In this document: positions 37,867-44,079 of the stretch, piece after piece
Numbering within the stretch: position 1 is the stretch's first letter
Layout of the letters: every line of letters starts with the position of its first letter
IMG/VR virus record: IMGVR_UViG_3300046463_000548
Span: 89,707-153,706 of that record
Reading direction: 5' to 3' (one strand)
Length of the DNA: 64,000 nucleotides
From: a virus
The notes under the pieces: model-generated
Seen by the model: the letters and a program-made list of their open reading frames with translations, nothing else
What the model was told of the DNA's origin: nothing
The model's database searches: none
Made by a program: the position numbers and the translations under genes

Positions 37867-38483
37867 GCTATTTTCTTTCTTCTGAACACTTCATAGTCAA
37901 ATGTGCAGGAGAAAGAGCGAATGCAGAAATCGTAGCTGAATCTGCATCCGCACTTCGGACGTTAATCCCAATCACATAGAGCAAGTCATCAAGGCTAGTT
38001 ACGATAACAAGAAAAGCCGACCCTCTACCGCTGAGGTACTCACCTCCCAAGATCACTTCAGCCGACAAATGATCTAGGGCAGGTGAGACGGGATTCGAAC
38101 CCGCGTCTTTCGACTTGAACCAGTGCTCTCATCCATTGGGTGCACTGGCAACCTTCCGCCTGCTTTAAACTGCGATTGCTTAATACAATGAGATTTGGGT
38201 AATACGATCAATGAAAGTTGCCGCTCGCTGCCGCACGTCTACCAATTCCGTCACCTCTGCACCAAACACGCTGCCATACTCAAAACCGGGTTATCGAGAA
38301 CCGGCTCTGATTAGAGCAGACGACCCAAACTTTTCCCAAGAAAAGATCGCTACCGTGGGAATCCACCTCCCGTCGAGAAAGGTGGCACGACTACATACAG
38401 CAGCGTGTTTGGTGCAGAGGGGTGGAGTCGAACCACCACTGAGCTTCTACTATCAACGATAACGATCAACGCTACCCATTCTC
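37830..38483 (-). ncRNA. Large structured ncRNA with two circularly permuted tRNA-like (YrlA-like) modules
   Basis: Promoter motif 38484-38490; two T-arm/acceptor/D-arm units in permuted order (38190-38483 and 37969-38178); terminator 37830-37866. Confidence 0.75.
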
Positions 38484-38490
38484 TATTTAC
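38484..38490 (-). promoter_or_regulatory. Phage promoter motif GTAAATA (representative of at least 17 copies)
   Basis: Minus: 14947, 25020, 27108, 31130, 37771, 38484, 39520, 42621, 47128, 48830, 51257, 53446; plus: 53902, 54796, 57229, 61351, 63043. Confidence 0.7.
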
Positions 38491-38681
38491 TGCTGACTCT
38501 TGGAATCAAATCTGAACGTGACCTGAATTTCAACAAGCCCAGTCGTCTCGTCAGCTTCCGCGTCCTCCATTGCAGGGGCAATCGGATAACAATCCGTGAA
38601 GGTCATTTGCCTGTCATCTGTCGTTAGCACCGTGAGATTCGGCCCTTCCCACCACAAACGTTTGACGCGGAGTTCGACCAT
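38487..38681 (-). CDS. Small hypothetical protein
   Basis: 64 aa ORF starting 2 nt after upstream stop; its stop overlaps the GTAAATA motif. Confidence 0.55.
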   Translation of the reverse strand: MVELRVKRLWWEGPNLTVLTTDDRQMTFTDCYPIAPAMEDAEADETTGLVEIQVTFRFDSKSQQ

Positions 38682-38683
38682 GA

Positions 38684-39478
38684 TTAAATCTGGTTGCTGG
38701 CTGGCGGATTACGCAGCGGCTCAAGGATCACTGCAATCAGGTCGCGGCCGATGTTCTGCGTCATCACAGGCACCGAGTTCGCGCGGGTCCGAGCCTGCTT
38801 AACAGCCGTGATCAGTTCGTCCAGAGTCGCGATAACCTGCGCCTTCTGGATTGCGGTCGTCGCGCCCGACACGTTTTCCTGCGTGAACGTGCCGATGATC
38901 TTGTCGCTGGTCACTTCCTTGACCTGTGCCGGGTGCTTGTCCGAGTGCGGGTACAGGACCACGGGCACAGTCTGCTTTTCGGTCTTGGTCGTGATCGACG
39001 GATGTGCTGCCTTCCACGTACCGGCTTGTGCCGCGTTGGGGTCGATGCGCCAATCCTTCGATGCGTCGAGCGTCGGGATTTGCATCGCGAGCTTGCGCAG
39101 TTCGCCCAGACGCACTTCGAGACCCATCAACTCATCGACCGGCACATTCTCCGCGAATGTCTGTCCACGGAATTCGATGTTGGCGAGAGCGGTCGTGTTG
39201 GTCAGGTTCTTCGACGCCAGAACGTCTTCGGCCTTCGCCCAGTAGCTCAGGAAGTAGTCCAGAGTCGTGAGCACCGTTGTCGGCAGCGTCTTATCCTGGC
39301 GCGCGGCCTTTTCGAGGTCTTCGTTGTTCGGATCGTCACCGAGCAGCTTCAGGGTCTTCGTGAAGCCCGTGAAGTAGTTGTCACCCTTTTCAAATTTCGT
39401 CAGGGTGTCCTTAGCCATCGCGTCGCGCGAATTTGTTGCCGTCTTTTCAGCGGCCAACAGTTCATGAAGTTGAGCCAT
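38684..39478 (-). CDS. Uncharacterised helical protein upstream of the large ncRNA
   Basis: 264 aa from MAQLHELLAAEK; IPTLD, HPAQVKEV..D..IG, AVKQAR.RAN; own GTAAATA motif at 39520. Confidence 0.8.
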   Translation of the reverse strand: MAQLHELLAAEKTATNSRDAMAKDTLTKFEKGDNYFTGFTKTLKLLGDDPNNEDLEKAARQDKTLPTTVLTTLDYFLSYWAKAEDVLASKNLTNTTALANIEFRGQTFAENVPVDELMGLEVRLGELRKLAMQIPTLDASKDWRIDPNAAQAGTWKAAHPSITTKTEKQTVPVVLYPHSDKHPAQVKEVTSDKIIGTFTQENVSGATTAIQKAQVIATLDELITAVKQARTRANSVPVMTQNIGRDLIAVILEPLRNPPASNQI

Positions 39479-39559
39479 GTGTGTTTGTATGAGCAAGAGT
39501 TATGGGGCCTTACACTTCTTATTTACTGGAGCATCCGCGTTTCCGCACAATTATTTTAG

Positions 39560-39587
39560 TTGACGGTCTGTGCATTGCGTGTACAAT
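39560..39587 (+). promoter_or_regulatory. Sigma70-type (early) promoter
   Basis: TTGACG-16 nt-TACAAT with AT-rich upstream, before the plus-strand island. Confidence 0.65.
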
Positions 39588-39624
39588 CGTTTCTGTGGTG
39601 ATGACGAGCGAACTGGGGAACGAA

Positions 39625-39819
39625 ATGGCTACGAAGAAGAGACTGACACCGGCACAAAAGGCTGCGTTGAAGGCGTACGAATACGCTTTGAGGCAGGAAG
39701 ATCGTTACCTTGGTTCTGTGTTCGTTACGCCTCAAGGTCAGCGCGATGTCGAAGCGAAGACGAAGGCAGCATACGACCACTGCAAGTCGTTGGGCATGAC
39801 GCACGAGCACGGTCTTTGA
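39625..39819 (+). CDS. Small putative early protein
   Basis: MATKKRLTPAQ..., GGGGA RBS. Confidence 0.65.
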   Translation: MATKKRLTPAQKAALKAYEYALRQEDRYLGSVFVTPQGQRDVEAKTKAAYDHCKSLGMTHEHGL

Positions 39820-39843
39820 AACAAAACGAATCGGAGGGGCGGA

Positions 39844-40146
39844 ATGGAGCAATTGACATCGTTCGAGCTAACCCTGCACCCGTTCCAAGCGGTTACAGTG
39901 ACCCCCTTAGACGGCTCCACTCAGGTCACTGCAAGCGTGAAGGTTCGAGGACAACGATATTTTCTGAGCTTCGGTATCAAGTGCAGGGATGCCGTTCCGG
40001 CAGTCGCCGCCTTTTCGAGCAGGATAGAGACATTCTGCGGTAAGCCGGTGCGTAGCAAAGCAAATATTGAACTAGAGGGCTTGATGGATACTCTGAAGGA
40101 AGCGGCTCTTAAGGCAGTAGGCACCAACCTGAAGGGGGAGCTATGA
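39844..40146 (+). CDS. Small putative early protein
   Basis: 100 aa, GGAGG RBS. Confidence 0.6.
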   Translation: MEQLTSFELTLHPFQAVTVTPLDGSTQVTASVKVRGQRYFLSFGIKCRDAVPAVAAFSSRIETFCGKPVRSKANIELEGLMDTLKEAALKAVGTNLKGEL

Positions 40147-40325
40147 CTTTCGAAGAATGGATGCAGCGGCCGGTGTACGTTGCTCAGTGTAAGACTGCGA
40201 CGCTGGCCGGGGAGTTGGGAATCAGCGGCTACTATTTCCGCAAGCTACCGGCGTACCGAAGCGAACAGGACAAGGCTGACCGAAAACTGATAGCGGACGC
40301 GATGCGCAAGCAGCGCAAGAAGTAA
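40143..40325 (+). CDS. Small putative early protein
   Basis: 60 aa, GGGGAG RBS, ATGA coupling. Confidence 0.6.
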   Translation: MTFEEWMQRPVYVAQCKTATLAGELGISGYYFRKLPAYRSEQDKADRKLIADAMRKQRKK

Positions 40326-40341
40326 CGGGCAAGCCTGCTGA

Positions 40342-40704
40342 TCACTTCAATCGCAGCGTGTACTGCAGGCTTCGCCAGTGTGGAATCAACCCTTCGATCA
40401 TCTCGAAGTCTTTGAACAGCAGTTCCATCTTCATGTGCCGGGGCCGATCACGCAGCCACTTACTGCGTGCACGTGCCATGCGTTGGTACCCCTCGCTCTT
40501 CTCGTAGAACAGCCACCCCCAACGGTCATTGAACATCGCGCCATCGAAGTCGCGCGATTCAGGAGCGACCTCTCCGAACATCGAGCAGGACTGATCGCGT
40601 ACACGACGGAATAGGGGCTCTTCCAAGGCAGTGAACTCGATACGCGCATCCACTAGCCACGGTACCCCAAGCAGCCGCTCCTGATCCATTCTGACAACGT
40701 TCAT
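40342..40704 (-). CDS. Hypothetical protein
   Basis: 120 aa, GGAGA RBS. Confidence 0.6.
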   Translation of the reverse strand: MNVVRMDQERLLGVPWLVDARIEFTALEEPLFRRVRDQSCSMFGEVAPESRDFDGAMFNDRWGWLFYEKSEGYQRMARARSKWLRDRPRHMKMELLFKDFEMIEGLIPHWRSLQYTLRLK

Positions 40705-40725
40705 CGGTATTCTCCGGGCCCGGAT

Positions 40726-40761
40726 AAAGGAAAAGCCCCATCAAATCGCTTCGAGGGGGCT
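40726..40761 (-). terminator. Terminator after tRNA-Gln
   Basis: AGCCCC..GGGGCT followed by TTTCCTTT. Confidence 0.65.
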
Positions 40762-40767
40762 GGGATG

Positions 40768-40845
40768 TGGCAGGGGGTACAGGATTCGAACCTGTGCATG
40801 CTGGGATCAAAACCCAGTGCCTTAACCGGACTTGGCTAACCCCCA
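40768..40845 (-). tRNA. tRNA-Gln(TTG)
   Basis: Cloverleaf, CTGGG-TT TTG AT-CCCAG, encoded CCA. Confidence 0.92.
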
Positions 40846-40860
40846 ACTGAAACAAACTAC

Positions 40861-40992
40861 TGGTCGGAACAGCAGGAATCGAACGCTGCGTCATCCTCTC
40901 CCTACCGGGCTTCAAGACACATGCGGTGTGCATGAGTGCATGCTGAATTGTGGGTCCCGGCGAGGATTACTCTACCTTTGAGCTATGCTCCG
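40861..40992 (-). ncRNA. tRNA-Pro-like RNA with a 63-nt structured insert in place of the anticodon loop
   Basis: CGGAGCA/TGTTCCG-A-CCA acceptor, TAGCTCAAAGGTAGAGT D-arm, ATCCTC/GAGGAT stem, bulged T-arm. Confidence 0.75.
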
Positions 40993-41081
40993 AGTGAAAC
41001 AGGGTGAGCGTGCGTGCGCTCAAGAAGTGGCGAGTTTCAGGCGGGCCTCTATGTTGTGTTGCTCGCACGCTCAAAACTTAC

Positions 41082-41369
41082 TTACGAAACGACGCCCATG
41101 ATTTCAGCTTCTTGGAAAAGCGTCAGTTCTTCACCGTCAACCTCTACCGGGTAACCAGCGTTCGGATCGAAGTGAACGATGTCACCGACCTTCACTATCA
41201 TAGGTACGACGCGGCCGTCAGCCACGAAATGACCGGCACCGACTGCAACGACTTCGCCCTGATCGGGACGCTGCTCGCGGTTGGAAGGGATCACGATGCC
41301 TGAGGCAGTCGTCTGCGGCTTAACAGTGACACGGACCAGCAGGCGAGCATACAGCGGTTGAAACGGCAT
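41082..41369 (-). CDS. groES: Co-chaperonin GroES
   Basis: PLYARLLV...TTASGIVIP...GEVVAVGAG...VKVGD.V.F. Confidence 0.92.
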   Translation of the reverse strand: MPFQPLYARLLVRVTVKPQTTASGIVIPSNREQRPDQGEVVAVGAGHFVADGRVVPMIVKVGDIVHFDPNAGYPVEVDGEELTLFQEAEIMGVVS

Positions 41370-41398
41370 TTTGTACCTTTGATTTGAGCAAGAAACTT

Positions 41399-41474
41399 TG
41401 GCTCCATAGCCTGGGCTCGAACCAGGGACCACACGATTAACAGTCGCGTACTCTACCAACTGAGCTACTATGGA
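41399..41474 (-). tRNA. tRNA-Asn(GTT)
   Basis: Cloverleaf, CT GTT AA loop, CCA. Confidence 0.92.
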
Positions 41475-41493
41475 ACAGACGAGAACTTAATTC

Positions 41494-41579
41494 GTATAGG
41501 CGGTGATAATCGAAGCCAGCGGGCCCGCTAGGAGGCGCGTACAAGGAAGACGCGCTACGACGATCATCACCGCCTATAC
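41494..41579 (-). ncRNA. Three-way-junction RNA between tRNAs
   Basis: 14-bp perfect outer stem GTATAGGCGGTGAT/ATCACCGCCTATAC with two inner hairpins. Confidence 0.5.
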
Positions 41580-41591
41580 AAACTTGAGGGG

Positions 41592-41723
41592 CGGAGACTT
41601 ATCGTCTCCGACTTCTTGTGCCGACAGCAGGTAGCTAATCCGCTGAATACCTGTAGATTCAGGTTGTCCTGGTGCGCTAGACAATGCAGGCTCCGTTTCC
41701 AGAGCGTTGCAAGCGTGACCGGC
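41592..41723 (-). ncRNA. Multibranched, possibly pseudoknotted RNA after tRNA-Asp
   Basis: GCCGG/TCGGC outer stem, GCTCTG-GAAA-CGGAGC, TTGTCT/GGACAA, CTGAAT/ATTCAG, CAGGTA complementary to TACCTG. Confidence 0.5.
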
Positions 41724-41729
41724 GAATTC

Positions 41730-41805
41730 TGGCGAGGTGTAGGGGATTCGAACCCCTGACATGCGGATAGACAATCCGCTGCTCTACCAACTGAGCTAAC
41801 ACCCC
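41730..41805 (-). tRNA. tRNA-Asp(GTC)
   Basis: Cloverleaf, GCGGA-TT GTC TA-TCCGC, CCA. Confidence 0.9.
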
Positions 41806-41823
41806 TTTACTGATTGAAACTCG

Positions 41824-41982
41824 AAGGTCGGGCAGGATTCGAACCTGCGGACGGTATGGGAAAGTCGGACCTTCGACACCGATAGCCTGATCAGGAGCAA
41901 CCGCCTACGCGTTGATGCTCTGGTCAGACAGTCCCAACCCGTTCTTGTCTCGGTCACCATTAAGCCACTCTGGCACCGACCC
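41824..41982 (-). ncRNA. tRNA-like RNA with a ~110-nt domain replacing the anticodon/variable arms
   Basis: GGGTCGG/CCGACCT acceptor, CCAGAGTGGCTTAATGG D-arm, GCAGG-TTCGAAT-CCTGC T-arm; no encoded CCA. Confidence 0.7.
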
Positions 41983-41991
41983 TCACAACTC

Positions 41992-42249
41992 TTAAGCTCC
42001 GTGCGGCGTCAGCCTTACATGCCCGTCGTCGCTAAGTACTGCCCGCCACTGATCACCACCGTGAGACTTTGGCGTTCGCATGATGTAGTGAACAGCATCA
42101 CGTGTCCGGTACCCGCTGAGGATGTGTACAGGAGGGTCCCAGCGCGCTTCGTTATCTCGCATTTCCGACACGGTCAGCGCCCGTGGCCAGGGCCAACTCT
42201 GCGGTTGCGTGACACCAAAGCCGAATATCGAAGACACCTCAACTTGCAC
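41992..42249 (-). CDS. Hypothetical protein
   Basis: 85 aa, GAGGTGA RBS before GTG. Confidence 0.55.
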   Translation of the reverse strand: MQVEVSSIFGFGVTQPQSWPWPRALTVSEMRDNEARWDPPVHILSGYRTRDAVHYIMRTPKSHGGDQWRAVLSDDGHVRLTPHGA

Positions 42250-42273
42250 GGATCACCTCGTCAAAACGTTTAG

Positions 42274-42358
42274 TGGTGGGTGCGGAAGGATTCGAACCTT
42301 CGAAGGCAGAGCCGCCGGATTTACAGTCCAGCCCGTTTGACCGCTTCGGTACACACCC
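42274..42358 (-). tRNA. tRNA-Tyr(GTA)
   Basis: Cloverleaf with long variable arm, CT GTA AA, CCA. Confidence 0.93.
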
Positions 42359-42394
42359 ATTACTAAATGTTCCAATTACTACGGCCCAAAGAGT

Positions 42395-42511
42395 TGGGCA
42401 TCCCCGGGAGGACTCGAACCTCACAGCGTCCCGTAACTGCTTTCGCAGCGCGAGACACGTCGGACCGAAGTCCGCACATACAGGCTACCAATTACCTGCA
42501 TACAGGGGTAC
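42395..42511 (-). ncRNA. Anticodon-less tRNA-like RNA with tRNA-Sec-like proportions
   Basis: Long acceptor ending CCA, 6-bp D-stem, CGGAC-TTCG-GTCCG in anticodon position, long GAAA-capped variable arm, GAGG-TTCGAGT-CCTC. Confidence 0.7.
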
Positions 42512-42520
42512 TGATACAAT

Positions 42521-42608
42521 TGGCGGAAGCGGTGAGATTCGAACTCACGGATAGTTTCCCATCGCCGGTTTTCAAGACCGGTGCCTTAAACCCCTCGGCC
42601 ACACTTCC
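42521..42608 (-). tRNA. tRNA-Ser(TGA)
   Basis: Cloverleaf, CT TGA AA, long variable arm, GCCA. Confidence 0.93.
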
Positions 42609-42626
42609 CCTTCACTAACCTATTTA

Positions 42627-42779
42627 CTACAGCGCTTCGGTTTCCCGAAACTTTCTTTGCAAATCTTTCTGCTGTGCCCGACGCTGCTTCGACTGAACGT
42701 TGCGCCCGTGCTTTCCACGCTCGCGAAACATCATCTCTGCAATCATCGGGTTGCGCGGCTTCATCAGATTGTCCACCAC
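42627..42779 (-). CDS. Small basic protein (50 aa)
   Basis: Own translation ...MKPRNPMIAEMMFRERGKHGRNVQSKQRRAQQKDLQRKFRETEAL; AAGGT RBS. Confidence 0.55.
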   Translation of the reverse strand: MVDNLMKPRNPMIAEMMFRERGKHGRNVQSKQRRAQQKDLQRKFRETEAL

Positions 42780-42794
42780 GTTACCTTTTCAAAT

Positions 42795-42871
42795 TGGAGG
42801 CGGTACCCAGATTCGAACTGGGGAACCAAGGATTTGCAATCCTGGACCTTAGACCACTCAGACATACCGCC
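42795..42871 (-). tRNA. tRNA-Cys(GCA)
   Basis: Cloverleaf, TT GCA AA, U73-CCA. Confidence 0.9.
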
Positions 42872-42882
42872 GTATTTAAAAC

Positions 42883-42959
42883 TGGTGGGCCGTGCCTGAC
42901 TCGAACAGGCAACCAACGAATTATGAGTTCGCTGCTCTAACCGCTTGAGCTAACGGCCC
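42883..42959 (-). tRNA. tRNA with CAT anticodon (Ile2-like; Met not excluded)
   Basis: GGGCCGT acceptor, CT CAT AA loop, ACCA; no initiator features. Confidence 0.88.
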
Positions 42960-42961
42960 AC

Positions 42962-43174
42962 TTACAGAATGAATAACAGTTCCCTGAGCTTGCCGTTCTG
43001 CTCCAGCAATACCTTGCAACCCGCGTCTCGCTGCTTCTGCAAGAAGCTCTCGGTGCTGATGGCCCTGCGTACGGCTTCTGACAGGCTGATGCTTTGCGAT
43101 TCCGCTAGATACTGGAGAGCGTCAGCCACGTCCGGTGCGAGGTCTGCGTTCAATCTCACTTTCTTCGTCTTCAT
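42962..43174 (-). CDS. Ribbon-helix-helix (CopG-like) DNA-binding protein
   Basis: VRLNADL...L..LAE...ISLSEAVRRAI. Confidence 0.7.
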   Translation of the reverse strand: MKTKKVRLNADLAPDVADALQYLAESQSISLSEAVRRAISTESFLQKQRDAGCKVLLEQNGKLRELLFIL

Positions 43175-43304
43175 TTTCTGCCCCGATTCGGTGTTGTAAC
43201 TGAGGCGATTTTACGGAGCAGTGAAGCGACTGTGTGATCGGTGTTCTACTAGGAGTACCGCAGAGCAGGTAAGTCTTTGATTCTACAAGTAGCACCTGCA
43301 ACAT

Positions 43305-43910
43305 CTATTGCGGTTCGAACGTGAACTTTTCCAGGAACTCTGAAACCGGACGCGACCATATGGCACCAGCTTCGTCACGGTACACGACAGTCGGAACGAA
43401 ATCCGGCTTTGTCGAGCGTTCGTTCGACACGATGAGAACTTCGTATTCGTTGCCAGTCTTCAGGTGCGTCCACTTGCGGCCTGCTCGCAGATTTTCAGGA
43501 ATCGGCGCGGGGGCACGGACTGCAGCCACGTTTACGACTTCCGCGCCTTGCACAAACGTGGTCGTAAATTCCACGCAGTCACGGGTTGCGACGAGTCCGA
43601 TTTTGCCATCGTCAACGTTCAAGCCTTTGGTGAAGCGTGCAGCGATGTCCTGAAGCTCAGCCTCGGTCGGGGTCCACGAGTCGTTGCCTGCCGTGATGTG
43701 AAGCAGCGTGCGTACTTTGTCTGTCATGTTCGATCCTTCGTTCAGTCCTTTCTTGTAGGACTGGAAAATTGCGTCTGCTAGGCATGGAACATCCCAAGGA
43801 CGCTTGTTGATAAACAAGGAGGCGATTGAGTTGGCTTCGCTCATGCACCACGCGGGGATTCCGTGAAACGTTCCGTCATCTCTGGCGTTGAAACCTTCGG
43901 GCATCGTCAT
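43305..43910 (-). CDS. Hypothetical protein with C-terminal DUF1653-like domain
   Basis: WTHLKTGNEYEV...VVYRD..G.IWSRPVSEF. Confidence 0.7.
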   Translation of the reverse strand: MTMPEGFNARDDGTFHGIPAWCMSEANSIASLFINKRPWDVPCLADAIFQSYKKGLNEGSNMTDKVRTLLHITAGNDSWTPTEAELQDIAARFTKGLNVDDGKIGLVATRDCVEFTTTFVQGAEVVNVAAVRAPAPIPENLRAGRKWTHLKTGNEYEVLIVSNERSTKPDFVPTVVYRDEAGAIWSRPVSEFLEKFTFEPQ

Positions 43911-44079
43911 AGATCAAGAAATGTTTTGTAGAAGGACTCGAACTGCTTTTCGCATTCGATGATTGCCATCTGCTCAGCGTCCGGCCGTCCCTTCAATAGT
44001 TTGCGTCTGCGCCGGATGTCCTCGAAGTCCAGAAGCATAGACTTGTAGAATTCCGGATCGAAGAAATCACGGTTGGATA

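Noticed and set aside
37868-38068. 66-aa ORF MSAEVILGGEY
   Set aside because: TTG start without RBS; it overlies the acceptor and D-arm of permuted module 2
38076-38163. D-armless linear tRNA (GCAGGCG/CACCTGC acceptor)
   Set aside because: A better 7-bp CTCACCT/AGGTGAG stem with a canonical D-arm downstream explains the T-arm
38190-38483. Two-piece (permuted) tmRNA
   Set aside because: Acceptor lacks the G3-U70 alanine identity, has a true D-stem, and no convincing resume codon/tag frame or pseudoknot series follows
40899-40961. Group I/II intron in tRNA
   Set aside because: 63 nt is far too short and no catalytic core motifs are visible; the same applies to the 41824 insert
41592-41729. 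tRNA-associated HDV-like (theta) ribozyme
   Set aside because: Could not assign the nested P1-P2-P3-P1.1 topology or the catalytic C by eye
42395-42511. Selenocysteine tRNA (selC)
   Set aside because: No TCA anticodon; the loop is a 4-nt TTCG
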